DNA of 64,000 nucleotides from Octopus vulgaris (lineage: Eukaryota). The number at the start of each line of letters is the position of its first letter. The first letter of the stretch is position 1. The notes under the pieces are model-generated. The model did no database searches and was not told the DNA's origin. It saw only the letters and a program-made list of their open reading frames with translations. The DNA lies in contig OX597837.1 of NCBI GenBank assembly GCA_951406725.2, positions 42,904,001 to 42,968,000 on the forward strand. The letters are read 5' to 3'. Below, in pieces: positions 1 through 13,321 of this stretch. Both the position numbers and the translations under genes were made by a program.

Positions 1-195
1 TGTTATGATGACATGTCATTGATCATAGCTCTTCCCCATCAGAAGACAAGCAATAACCTCCTCAAAACAAACTACTGCTACATTTAAAAACATATCTATC
101 TGATTTCTCGACCTGTTAGAAATAGCAGGGTCTGTCATATCCTCAGGTCCAGAAAGTGCGTCGAACCCTGTCAAAGGTATTATTACTATTTTTGT

Positions 196-600
196 ATGAT
201 GATGAATAGTAGCCATAATCCATCACCCGGGCTTGACATCACCACCACCACCACCACCACTGCCACCATCATTACCACCTCAACCACAATCATGACCATC
301 ATCACAGCCACCGCCATGACCATCCACCTCGACTGCTTTTGTAGGAGAATTCTTTCTGTTACTAGCATTTGGACGAGGTTCTCTGATCTGAGGGTAGCTT
401 CTTCCTCTCCTTTTGCCTCATCAATCGTGGAAGCGCAGAAAGAAAAAGGTCAGGTGTACTTTTCTTCATCTTCTTCTTCTTCTTCTTCTTCTTCTTCTTC
501 TTGCTCTTGTTGTTGTTATTGTTGTTGTTATTGTTGTTGTTGTTGTTATTGTTGTTGTTGTTGTTCTCCTCCTCCTCCTCCTCCTCCTCTTCCTCCTACA
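196..600. repeat. Compound trinucleotide low-complexity block: (ACC)n, (TCT)n, (TGT)n, (CCT)n
   Basis: Visible tandem triplets; the ORFs over it are homopolymeric artefacts. Confidence 0.9.
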
Positions 601-1265
601 AAACCGATAAACTAAAACAAAATCGTTTGTAATATTTTTCTCTTTTCACTCAAAAATAAAAACAAAAAAAAACAACAAAAAACAGATCTCTCACCCCACT
701 CACCTACATTCCACCCCCACATCTCTTCACGTCACATAACCACCCTCCCACCCCCTCCCTCCCTCCCTCCATCACTTCCGATATCTCACATTCCCCACCC
801 CCTCCTTTCGATTGACATGTCTGCTTACAACCTTTCCCTTCTTTGTCACCTTCAAGTCACGTGTTTCATAATCTGAAAATCTTTTCGTTCTTAAAATTTA
901 TTCAGATTCGTTCTCCACCCGAGAGCATACCACACCCCACCACACAACACAGCACCACACCGCACCACACCGCACCACACCACACCACACTACACCACAC
1001 CACACCACTCTACACCACTCTACGCCACTCTAACATGCCAGCTGATTATAATGAGCGATGTTCGAGCAAAATTTATGATTTACGATTTACGTCAGCCGAT
1101 ATTTTTGAAATATAATGACCGAAACTACACGATTCTCTCTCCATGTAACTAATCGCAACGATCCGAACAAAGAAGATATTGCAGAGACCATTATTGAACG
1201 TACATGAATACGTGATACATACGCACCATATACGTACATACATACACGCATACACACTCACACAC

Positions 1266-1320
<55 letters not shown>

Positions 1321-1323
<3 letters not shown>

Positions 1324-1466
1324 GGAGTAAACACATAAATGTGAAACAAGGGTGGAAAAAAGAGTACTCAAATACCAGTGGTAGAGTAATATGCTTTATT
1401 TAAAGCAGCAGAAAATTCAACAAAAACTCAGAGTAACAGGTTTTGTTGAATTTTCTGCTGCTTTAA

Positions 1467-1467
<1 letters not shown>
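1321..1467. mobile_element. Short fold-back element between (TA)n runs
   Basis: Perfect 27-bp inverted repeat, 1399-1425 (TTTAAAGCAGCAGAAAATTCAACAAAA) and 1441-1467; (TA)n on both sides. Confidence 0.55.
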
Positions 1468-1533
<66 letters not shown>

Positions 1534-1621
1534 ATGTATGTATGTATATATGTATATGCTTGTATGTATATATATACACACACACATACATACATATATA
1601 TGTATGTATGTACATATGCAT

Positions 1622-1812
1622 ACTAGTCGCCATGATTGATCGTTAGCCACTACACACATTTTTTTCTCTACTTGTTTTTTTTTGTGTTCCCTTTCTGTAG
1701 AAGAGCGTAGGCTCGAAACATTAAAGATTTGTGTTATTCCTGAGCGTTATACTAATACATCTGTTTGTTTTGTACACCACCTGTCTTCGTCTTTTGTTTT
1801 TTTTCGTAAACT
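1622..1812 (+). mobile_element. Mini Penelope-like (pLTR-type) element, family 2, with variant minimal hammerhead
   Basis: CTTT-CTGTAGA-A-GAGC gtag GCTC-GAAACATT-AAAG at 1691-1726; body is homologous to the reverse complement of 52371-52520. Confidence 0.6.
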
Positions 1813-2298
1813 CTCTCTTTCTCTCTCTCTATATATACATATGTATACGCATATATATATGCAATGAATTTTTTCTTGTTTACTATAGTTCCTTTTAAAC
1901 AGAGCGGGACGTTTAAAGTAAAGAACGCACACGAGCTAACGTAGTGAATATTTTTGAAATCGATGGTAAAATGTTATTTTCAACTGAAAATCGCAAAGTA
2001 TGTTTGTCATGCAAAATGTGAAATCAATTGATATGGAAATATACATTACTTACTGATGTATTCAACGCCAAGGAAAGCCTATTTCTCATATTTTCATTGC
2101 ATTGATCGTTTGTATCTTTATTGTAAGTTTTATGTTGTTTTTTTGGAGCAATGGCTCTGAGTTTACAAGTTGTATTATATACCCTACTGAATCCTAATTT
2201 GCAAGTATATATATATATGCATATACACATATATATGCACATATATTTGTATGTATACAAGCATACACACAGACACACACACACACATACACACACAT

Positions 2299-2365
<67 letters not shown>

Positions 2366-2499
2366 CAAGCATATACACAGATATGTTAGAAGTAAATAAA
2401 CATGATTAATTTTCAAAATTTTTGATCTAAGCATCTTAATGTTTTCAGCGGTGTAGAATTTACAATGTAATAATTCTTTTTCATTCCAGGTACCATTAT

Positions 2500-3025
2500 A
2501 TTACGCATTTGCGAAGAGTAACAAAAAATTCAGCACAACTGTCAGATTTTCAAAGAGGTCGTATTGTTGGGAAATCTGAAGCTGGTCTTAGCCAGCGAAA
2601 AAATTGCCAAAAATCTTCAAATTTCTCTTGCTACTTTTAATACAATTATAGTGCAATTCAAAAGACAAGGAAAAGAGTCAACAGATTCTCGTCCCGGCCG
2701 AACTGGGCCCTTGGAGAGGAAGCTTCGATTTTTGAAGAGAATTGTGGAAAAGAGAATTGTGAAAAAGAGAATTGTGGAAAAGGAACCCCCGTTCGAAGGC
2801 TTCTGGCATTGCAAAACAGCTAGAAGTTAGTCCAAGAACGTGTGTTACATATCTGCATAAGCTTCGGTATTATGGACGAGCAGCTATAAGAAAACCTCTC
2901 CTTCAACCAATTAATATCACGAAAAGAAAGAAATGGGCTAAGGAGATATCAGAAGAATCCAGTTCCTTTTAGGATAGAGTGATTTTCTCAGATGAATCCG
3001 GATTTGCATTATTTTCAGACAGTGA
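2500..3025 (+). mobile_element. Tc1-family transposase relic (HTH region to first catalytic Asp)
   Basis: Frameshifted translation GLSQRKIAK...RPGR...NPRSKASGIAKQLEVSPRT...GRAAIRKPLL...KRKKWAKE...DRVIFSDES, matching Tc1 motifs. Confidence 0.85.
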
Positions 3026-3491
3026 ATATATATATATATATTTAATTGACTAATATCAATTTTTACCCTTAAAATTTAAATATGAAATATATGTTCTCAA
3101 ACCGATAAATTGACTGCTGCTAATTATTAGCTGCAGGCTGGTTTTTCGATTATCAGCGCGCCAAAAGTAGAGGCATTTGAAAGATACATCCGAACGTAAT
3201 AGGTTGTACTTTTTGCATGCGGGACTCCGGTACCGTTTTTCATCTAGTACAGCATATTATGCTCATAACAAACTACGCTGACGAAGCTACAGATATCCTT
3301 GTGATATTAATAGCTGAAACTGTACGGTACGTAGGTGATTATTCCATTTCGTATATTTCTTTTGTCTTATCCATTGCTTTAGGTCTGCTGAATTTTATTT
3401 TTTTTTATTTGAGTCTTTGTGGAGAATGGCGATTTGACGTCTATATCTAGCATGTTGACTGTCCACCTTTTCGTGTTCAGTCCTTAATTGG

Positions 3492-3545
<54 letters not shown>

Positions 3546-4220
3546 TGTGTGGGTGTGTGCGGAGGCGCAATGGCCCAGTGGTTAGGGCAGCGGTCTCGCG
3601 GTTGTAGGAAACCAATATCAAGAGCGTCTGTCTACCAGTGTGTATATTATTTACATGCGTCTGTCTGTCTCTATGTATATTATTTGTATGCCTGTCCGGC
3701 CATTTGCTTACACCCTCTTTACATAGAAGTTCGGTAAAAGGGTTCGATAAAATAAGTACCAGATTTAAAAACTAAGAACTGTGGTCAATTTGTTCGACTA
3801 AAATCGTTCAAGGCGTTGCCCCAGTATGACCACAGTCCAAACGCTGAAGCAAATACAACACAAAAGATAATCAACTGACACTTCTACCCTTTTTTTTTCT
3901 GTATATAAACTGTCAGTGAATATACTTCCCTAATAAGGTTTCACAAGATGGAAACTTCATCTTAATTGCTTCCCCTTACCAAACTGAAATGGTTAATATT
4001 ATAGAATTTGCTCACTTGCTGTTTCTACATTTCTATTGATATATTTGAAAGGGGAGATTTTTGTCTTCAAATTGCGCGGATAGTGTCAGTTGATTAACTA
4101 TTTTCCACTCGCTATATTATATATATATAACTTCACTGTATATCACATATATCAGAGAAAATACTGACCGAGTAATTTTCCCCTCGCTCAAGCACAGGCA
4201 CAGATACACACGCATATACA

Positions 4221-4278
<58 letters not shown>

Positions 4279-4484
4279 CATATATACATGCTTACACACG
4301 CACATACATACACACATCTCTCACATTCATATGTATATGTGTGTGAGGGTATATATACACGTACGTGTATGTATATGTACAAGTGCGTATATATATATAT
4401 ATATATGTGTATATATATATGAACATGCACGTGTGTTGTGGGTCTGTATATACGATTATGCATATGTATATATGTATATATATG

Positions 4485-4518
<34 letters not shown>

Positions 4519-5058
4519 TGTACGCACACACACACGCACACACACACACACACATATGTCCGTATCTGTACAACTCGAATGCGAATAATTTTAATGACTT
4601 CCTAATTAGTAAAGAAACGACATAGTCAGCTATAAAATAAGTGAATTGAGAAACTCCGCGGTTCTTCCAAACACCATATTCTATAAATCAAGAATCGAAA
4701 TCTAGCAGTCGTCCACGTAATTCTACAAGAGCCCGTCACTAACCAATGACATTCGTCTGCGATACCATTCATCATGATACAACATTAATATACAATTTCC
4801 ACGCTTCATAAAACAGTAAATTCTATGAGCGATCAGTGCTGTTGCCAAAAACCAACCAAGCGTGATGCTTATGACTAACCAGACCAATCAACCAATAAAC
4901 GCTAATTATAATCATGCCACCAGATATTGCCAATCATTAGCATTGCAAACTGATAATTTCTTCTTCTAGGAATAGTTACATGTCTATTAAGCATTTATCT
5001 CCTATGCCTTCCTAACACACACTAACACACGCACACACACACACATACACGCACACGC

Positions 5059-5109
<51 letters not shown>

Positions 5110-5188
5110 AATGTCTGTCTGTATGGTATATATATATATATGTATGTATATATATATATATATGTATATATATGTATGTATGTATATA

Positions 5189-5402
<214 letters not shown>

Positions 5403-5489
5403 TATATATATACACACATGTATTATATATATATATATATATGTATGTATATATACATATATATATACACACATGTATGTATGTATGTT

Positions 5490-5547
<58 letters not shown>

Positions 5548-6329
5548 ATGTATGTCTGTACTAAAGATATAGTAGAGATTGATTAATTTTTATGTCGTAG
5601 CTGTAAGTGAAAACGCGTGGCCTAAGGGTTAGGGTGTTGCTCTCACCATCCCAAGGTCGTTGTTTCGTTTATTTGCAGCCGGCGGAGCGCTCTGTTTTGT
5701 GAGCAAATCACTATGATTTCTCATTGGCTCAGTCCACTCAGCTGTAATGTGTGTAAACTAGAGACCCGGTGACTGATTGGTGTCGTTCGGGGTGGGGGAT
5801 TACTGGCCCTCATCATGGTTTCGATTCGCAGACTGTACGGTGTGTGTATTTATTGCTTTTCGTGAGCAAAACACTCCAAAAATGAATAACCGGGTGTTCG
5901 GTTCCTGGGGGAATGTTGTAATGTTGGTCAATTGTACGCTACAGAAACCTGGTAACCGGTTTCGATTCCCGTACCGGGCATTGCATTGTGTTCTTAAGTA
6001 AAATTTTGTAATTTCATTTTGCTCCGCTCCGTACGGATATTAAGGAATTCCTGATGTATATCCAGTAACTGAAACATTTCCACACTACAATGGCATCAGA
6101 TAGTCAAGAACTTTGCGTAGCATTCTACGAGGTTTTTATGTGGATCTTATCAGAGTAATTTCTGATTGAGTAAATCTATCAAACACGAACCTATAATGAC
6201 TACAAGGAAACAACTGTAAGTCAAATTTACTGCAATAAAGAAAAAATTGTAATGACCTTTATTTGTACCTTTTGTACACACACACACACACAAACAGATA
6301 CCCCCACCACACATGAACACACACAGATG

Positions 6330-6640
6330 TGGAAGTGCAATGGCCCAGTGGTTAGGGCAGCGAACTCGCGGTCGGAGGATCGCGGTTTCGATTCCCAGAT
6401 CGGGCGTTGTGTGTGTTTATTGAGCGAAAGCACCTAAAAAAAGCTCCATGAGGCTCCGGCAGGGGTAGGTTGCGACCCCTGTTGTACTCTTTCGCCGCAA
6501 CTTTCTCTCACTCTCTCTCTCTTCCTGTTTCTTGAGTAACGCTACGATAGACTGGCGTCCCGTCCAGCTGGGGGGAACACATACCGCCACAGAAACCGGG
6601 AAACAGGGCCCATGAGCCTGGCTAGGCTTGAAAAAGGCCA
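6330..6640 (+). mobile_element. tRNA-derived SINE (family C, V-domain-like 3' part)
   Basis: A-box TGGCCCAGTGG, B-box-like GGTTTCGATTCC, GACTGGCGTCCCGTCCAG motif; 3' part shared with 32137-32385 and 40304-40568. Confidence 0.8.
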
Positions 6641-6771
6641 GAAAAAAAATACACACACACGCACACACACATACACATATATACCACACGCACACAGACA
6701 AACGGCCAAATAAACAAATAAACCAATTTGCACACAATATACGCACTTTCAAAATTCAGAGTTATTATAGA

Positions 6772-7165
6772 ACTAGCAGTATCACCCGGTGTTGCTCGGG
6801 TTTGTTTCGACCCATTAGAATTGGAATTTTTGAAAAGTAAAAAGTTTGCATTATATAGCTTGCTATTCTCTTTAAGTGAACATTTTCAGGCTGAAATACA
6901 CCGAAAAGTGGCGACACAGCAGTCAAAAAATCGTAAAAAATATGGATCTTCATAGAAAAAAAAGCACCTTTATGATATAAATAATTTTTGGTCTTAACAT
7001 GGTCCGATTTGAATTTTTCTTCTGTGGAATGAAGAGCAAGACTTCTTCTATCATAATCTCAATTTTGGTCAACTTGCACCGCAGGGTCTCAGAGGAGATG
7101 GTGTTAGTTGAAGGCTACCAAACCTGCCACACACAGACAACTTCAGCTTTATATATAGAGAGATA
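6772..7165 (+). mobile_element. Non-autonomous Lep1/Helentron (DINE-like) element
   Basis: Starts ACTAGCAGTATCACCCGGTGTTGCTCGGG (5' hairpin) and ends ACACAGACAACTTCAGCTTTATATATAGAG, the layout typical of Lep1-type elements. Confidence 0.55.
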
Positions 7166-7636
7166 TATAGAGATACAGAGATTAATATTGTCTACTGCAA
7201 AGAGACACTCTAGATTAATACAACTGAGAACAGATATTTTAGATCACAGTACCAGGAGCTAATTGTAACAGATAGGAACTTGTGTAGATGTAATGTATCT
7301 GTGCTAAGAAAAATTAATGAGTCTTAATTGCGTAAATTCATACGTATGCAAATTATATTAAATTACTGCATTAGTCTTTAGACTTGAAGCGTTTTTGATT
7401 ATTTCAATGTTTTTTTTCTAATTTTCGTTTTCGTTTTATTATTTAATTTTGTTTTTTTTTTCTTCCTATGGGTACTTAATGTCTTCGCCTGTGAGCTGTT
7501 TCAGATTTGAACGTGATCGAAATTTTGTGTGTGGGAGAGGGGTACCTCTTTCTTACTGTACCCGGTTATTAGAATTGCTAGAAATAGCAGCAATACCCCA
7601 CTCGTATCACTACATTTGCCCGTCTGATTAGTTTAT

Positions 7637-7671
<35 letters not shown>

Positions 7672-7686
7672 CATCACACACACATA

Positions 7687-7821
<135 letters not shown>

Positions 7822-8343
7822 GACAGGCTTCTCTCAGTTTCTGTCAACCAAATCTACTCACAAAGCCCTGGTCGACCCGAGGCTTTAGTAGCAGACACCT
7901 GCCCAAGGTTCCACGCAGTGGGACTGAACCTGGAACCATGAGGGAGGGAACTCTTCATTTCATCAAACTGGCTATAATGGCCTTACATAGAGAAAGAAGG
8001 AAGCTGCGGGCTGGACACAGACATAAAGTTATATGAGAGGAAAAGCGAAAATGATGAATAATGGGGGCAAAAGCCAACGCCCGCCGATTGCTGTTTCCCG
8101 AAAACATTGCTCCCTTATTTATCATACACGAGGCAATAAACCTCTTACAATTTACTCTTTTACTCTTTTACCTGTTTCAGTCATTTGACTGCGGCAATGC
8201 TGGAGCACAGTCTTTAGTCGTGCAAATCGACTCCAGGACTTATTTTTTGTAAGCCTAGTACTTATCCTATCGGTCTCTTTTGCCGAACCGCTAAGTTACG
8301 GGAACATAAACACACCAGCATCGGTTGTCAAGCGATAGTGGGC

Positions 8344-8382
<39 letters not shown>

Positions 8383-8384
<2 letters not shown>

Positions 8385-8583
8385 ACGTGTGTATCGTTGG
8401 CGATTTTCTTTCTCCGTCTTCCTTTCTTTGGATCTTTCCTTTTCCTATGTTTCTGACGAAGAGCTTCGCTCGAAACGTTAAATTCTCCTTCTTTCTTTCC
8501 TTTCCTGAGCGTCCAATAACACTATACTTGTTCCATGTCCTCGCGTTGTTGTGTTTTCTCTTTGTTCATGTTTGGAGTAACTA
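8383..8583 (+). mobile_element. Mini Penelope-like (pLTR-type) element, family 1
   Basis: About 200 bp between TA-rich runs, closely similar to 58060-58270; carries a minimal HHR. Confidence 0.7.
8450..8482 (+). ncRNA. Minimal type-I hammerhead ribozyme motif (Penelope type)
   Basis: TTT-CTGACGA-A-GAGC ttc GCTC-GAAACGT-T-AAA: CUGANGA and GAAA core, 4-bp stem II, palindromic ACGU stem III, 3-bp stem I. Confidence 0.7.
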
Positions 8584-8597
8584 TATGTATATATATG

Positions 8598-8646
<49 letters not shown>

Positions 8647-8649
8647 TCT

Positions 8650-9058
8650 CTCTTTTACTCTTTTACTTGTTTCAGTCATTTGACTGCGGCCATGCTGGAG
8701 CACCACCTTTAGTCGAGCAAATCGACCCCGGGACTTATTTTTTGTAAACCCAGTACTTATTCTATCGATCTCTTTTTGCCGAACCGCTAAGTGACGGGGA
8801 CATAAACACACCAGCATCGGTTGTCAAGTGATGGTGGGGGGACAAACAGACACACAAATATATACACACACATAGATATACATATACATATATACGACAG
8901 GCTTCTTTCAGTTTCCGTCTACCAAATCCACTCACAAGGCATTGGTCGGCCCGAGGCTATAGCAGAAGACACTTGCCCAAGATGCCACGCAGTGGAACTG
9001 AACCCGGAACCATGTGGTTGGTTAGCAAGCTACTTACCACACAGCCACTCCTGCGCCT
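8650..9058 (-). mobile_element. tRNA-derived SINE (family B, CORE-like box, internal TA/TG microsatellite), full length
   Basis: Minus strand GGCGCAGGAGTGGCTGTGTGG...GGTTCAGTTCC...TTGGGCAAGTGTCTT...(GTAAAAGA)n tail; multiple copies in the window. Confidence 0.85.
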
Positions 9059-9989
9059 ATATATATATATATATAAAGAGAGAGAGAGAGAGAGAGAGAG
9101 AGCTAAATATCAGTATGTCTAAACACGTGTGTGTGTGTGTGTGGGGGGCGCATGGCGTATAAGTAACCTAAAACTCAACACTGCGTTTCATTCGGCTTTC
9201 CGAGGAGCCAGACGCATAAATCTATGTCTCTCTCTCTATATATATATATACACTTAGTTGTGCATATATACACATCTACATGTATTTAATCCAAGCCATT
9301 GAATTCAAATACAACAAATATTGGATACTTATATCCCAAGATGAAGAAAATGGTATTTCGAATTACCATATTCTTCCTTTAGATATTAGGAACACAGCAT
9401 ATTCCGTACCATTTCGTTTCCTTCTCGCCTGTCTTTCCCCATATCTCTCCTTCTCTCTCTCTGTCTCTGTCTCTCCCTCTCCTTCTCCCTTTCGTTTTCT
9501 CTCTTGGTGAAGTTTCCAGATTAGAAATCGTCCGGTGCGGAGGATATATGTGTGGCTGGGCTGCAATAATACAATTGTTTACTTTCCATTTCTTTCCCCA
9601 AATTCTATGTTTTTAAATCATTATTCATTTCGTGAATTTCATGTGTATTTGCCAAATCTCTCTGGATTTGGCCAAGACAGGACGCGCTAGGAATAATATT
9701 TGCAAGAAAAAAAAGGGCAACGAGAGAGAGCGAGATAGAGAGATAGATAGATAGATAGATAGGTAGATAGATAGAGAGAGAGAGAGTGAGAGAGAGAGAG
9801 AGATAGAATGAGAGAGAGAGAGAGAGCGAGAGAGAGAGAGAGAGAGAGATAGAATGAGAGAGAGAGAGAGAGAGAGAGAATGAGAGAGAGAGAGAGAGCG
9901 AGAGAGAGAGAGATAGAATGAGAGAGAGAGAGAGATAGAATGAGAGAGAGAGAGAGAGATAGAATGAGAGATAGAATGAGAGATAGAAT

Positions 9990-10023
<34 letters not shown>

Positions 10024-10443
10024 GAGAGAAATGAAATGCGTAAACGGTGATTGGTCAATTGCTATTTTTACTTGGCTGTGAAAGACATTTCTACATTTGT
10101 ACACGTATGTGTGTTACGTGTGTGCACACATATATATATATGTATATGTATATAAGTATATGTTTTTATATGCATATGTATGCGTACATATACATATATG
10201 AATATGTATATGCATGAATGTACACTCCCCCACGTATGTGTGTATATATATATATGTGTGTGTAATAAATAGTATATTTGCAAAGAGATATCTGTATTTA
10301 AGTGTGTGTGTGTGTATATATATATGTATGTACATCTACATATGTATATAAACATTTATATGCATGAATGTACATCCCCACACATCTATCTATCTATCTA
10401 TCTACCTGTGTATGTACGTATTCGTTTATCGATATATAACATA

Positions 10444-10506
<63 letters not shown>

Positions 10507-10570
10507 TTAGAATATGTGTGTCCATATTTATACATAAATATATGCACATATAGTCGAACCTTCTTATATA

Positions 10571-10611
<41 letters not shown>

Positions 10612-10654
10612 ATAAACGGTAGATGTGTGCGTTTCGTTTTTGTATGTATAAATA

Positions 10655-10714
<60 letters not shown>

Positions 10715-11053
10715 ACATATATATATCTGTATGTGTAAAGCTATTTCCACAGTTAACCAGCATGATTACAAAATATTTTTTTTCAAGTTTCCTCATAACG
10801 CATTAATACTAACATAAATTTTCTTTTTAAAATAAACCAATAAAATTTAATGTTTATTATAAACATTACAGAGTAAGTGTTGAATTAAATGCTTTTCCTT
10901 TCATCTCACGCTGCCCACGATGCGCTAAAATACAAATAAGCCTTGGAGAATTCAACATCAATAAGTTCCTTTGTTTCTTAAGTTATCTAATGTCTGGAGC
11001 TTCTGTTGTCTTTGGTGATTACGCATCGATCTACTGAAATTGAAACCGAACAT

Positions 11054-12095
11054 AAACTGCATCGATCTCACTAATATCTATGTGGTGCGTGTAAAGGCGC
11101 GTGGCTAAATGGTTAGGGTATTCGGCGTGCGATCGTAAGGTCGTGATTTCGATACCTGGCTTGGCGGTGCGCTTTGTCCTTCGGCAAGACACTTTATTTC
11201 ACGTTGCTCCAGTCCATTCATATTTTTTTCCTGCTTTTAGCCCTCCAACGCGGAGTATAGGCCACTTCTGGTTGAATTCCATGTCGCATAATTTTTCGCT
11301 TCTGTACTTATACTCTGCCATGAATGCCCCCCTTTCTCTAGTTCCCTTTGTATTGATCTACGCCACGAGTTCTTAGGCCTACCTTTCCTTCTATATCCAA
11401 CCGGTTTCCACTTTAAAGCACTTTTCGCTACATTTGGTGTGTCTTTTCTAATTGTGCTACCAAACCACTTCCACTTTTTCTTAAATATTTGCTCCCTAAT
11501 CGAAACTTGATTTGTTCTTTGCCATGGCTCCATATTGCTTATCTGTTCGGACCATCTAATTCTAAGTATACTACGCAAGCATCTGTTGATGAATGATTGT
11601 ATTTGCTTATTTGACTTAACTGTTGTTCGCCATGCCTCAGCCCCATACAATAACACTGCTTTTACGTTATAGCAAAAATGAATTGTCCCTGTTTTTCAAA
11701 GGGTCAGCCTTATCACATTATGGTTTCATGCTGAACTGCATTGATCTCACTAAAATCTGTGTGCGTCTGAAGGCGCGTGGCTAAATGGTTAGTGTATTCG
11801 GCGTGCGATCGTAAGGTCGTGATGTCGTTACCTGGCTTGGCGGAGCGTTGTGTCCTTCAGCAGGACACTTTATTTCACGTTGCTCCAGTCCACTCATTTA
11901 GCAAAATTGAATTGTCCCTGTATTTCAAAGGGTCGGCCTTATCACATAATGGTGTCATGCTGAATTTCCCCGCAAACTACGTTTAGGGTTATGCGTGTCT
12001 GTGAAGTGCTCAACTACATACACGTTGATTACATGAGCAGGCTGTTTTGTTGATCGGATCAACTTGAACCATCGTCGTCGTAACCGACGGAGTAC
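11054..12095 (+). mobile_element. Tandemly duplicated tRNA-derived SINE; the first copy is split by an RTE fragment
   Basis: 11054-11220 aligns with 11735-11895; the first copy resumes at about 11670 (TAGCAAAAATGAATTGTCCC). Confidence 0.8.
11221..11670 (-). mobile_element. RTE-clade LINE, 3' end of RT ORF
   Basis: ORF 11237-11656: LLYGAEAW...FINRCLRSILRIRW...KWFG...RRKGRPKNSWRR, the RTE C-terminal signature. Confidence 0.9.
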
Positions 12096-12189
12096 CAGTA
12101 TAAGTGTGTGTGGTGGTGGTGGGGGAGGAGGGAGTGAATATACAGATTATGTGTTTTGCTTCTCCTTCTCTTCTTCCTCCCCCTCTTCT

Positions 12190-12520
12190 TATTTCTTTAC
12201 TACCTACAAGGGGCTAAACACAGAGTGGACAAAGAAGGATAGACAAACGGATTAAGTCGATTACACCGAACCCAGTGCGTAACTGGTACTTATTTAATCG
12301 ACCCCGAAACGATGAAAGGCAAAGTCGACGTTGGCGGAATTTGAACTCAGAACGTAACGGTAGACGAAATACCTATTTCTTTACTACCCACAAGGGGATA
12401 AACACAGAGTGGACAAAGAAGGATAGACAAACGGATTAAGTCGATTACACCGAACCCAGTGCGTAACTGGTACTTATTTAATCGACCTCGAAAGGATGAA
12501 AGACAAAGTCGACCTCGGCA
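12190..12520 (-). mobile_element. SINE family A (Meta-domain-like) tandem body units
   Basis: Two units of about 183 bp, each with a GTCGACTTTG-CTTTCATC-TTTCG-GGTCGATTAAATAAGTACCAG-type central domain on the minus strand. Confidence 0.85.
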
Positions 12521-12561
12521 TATTATACTCAAGGGCGGACTATACACGAGGATTTACGGTA
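12521..12561 (-). mobile_element. Possible pogo/Tigger-type terminal inverted repeat remnant
   Basis: Reverse complement TACCGTAAATCCTCGTGTATAGTCCGCCC resembles pogo-family termini (TA + CCGTA). Confidence 0.35.
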
Positions 12562-12599
12562 TGTATACATGCAGATTTGTATGTTTTCTTTTATGTATG

Positions 12600-12957
12600 T
12601 CTTCTCATGCATATAGTTGCATGTCTAGACATGCTCATATATACATAAATGATACACTTTTGGCAAATTTTACAGACTTTACAGTTCCAATGATGGATAG
12701 GATCTGTAGTCTTCGAATCAGCTTTCTCCTTTCTGGTTTTGAGAAGCCGAATTTCTGAAGATTGATATTTAGGCAGTGTGTTTACATTTCCTAGTGTCCC
12801 AATAATTACAGGTATAAATCTAAGTTTATTATCTGGATAGAATAACTGCAGATTTTTCAATAGTTCAGCGTAGGTATTTTCTTTTTCACTAATCTTCGGC
12901 TTTATTTTAACATTCACTGGGCAGCTGATTTCCACAACTGTGCACAGTTTCTCTTCT
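12600..12957 (-). mobile_element. R4/Dong-type LINE, restriction-like endonuclease fragment
   Basis: CTVVEISCP...KISEKENTYAELLKNL...FIPVIIGTLG, matching the RLE C-terminus. Confidence 0.8.
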
Positions 12958-12958
12958 C

Positions 12959-13277
12959 TATGTATGTATGTATGTATGTATGTATGTATGTATGTATGTA
13001 TGTATGTATGTATGTATGTATGTATGTATGTATGTATGTATGTATGTATGTATGTATGTATGTATGTATGTATGTATGTATGTATGTATGTATGTATGTA
13101 TGTATGTATGTATGTATGTATGTATGTATGTATGTATGTATGTATGTATGTATGTATGTATGTATGTATGTATGTATGTATGTATGTATGTATGTATGTA
13201 TGTATGTATGTATGTATGTATGTATGTATGTATGTATGTATGTATGTATGTATGTATGTATGTATGTATGTATGTAT
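12959..13277. repeat. Long perfect (TATG)n microsatellite, about 80 units
   Basis: Direct reading. Confidence 0.98.
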
Positions 13278-13284
13278 ATGTATG

Positions 13285-13321
<37 letters not shown>

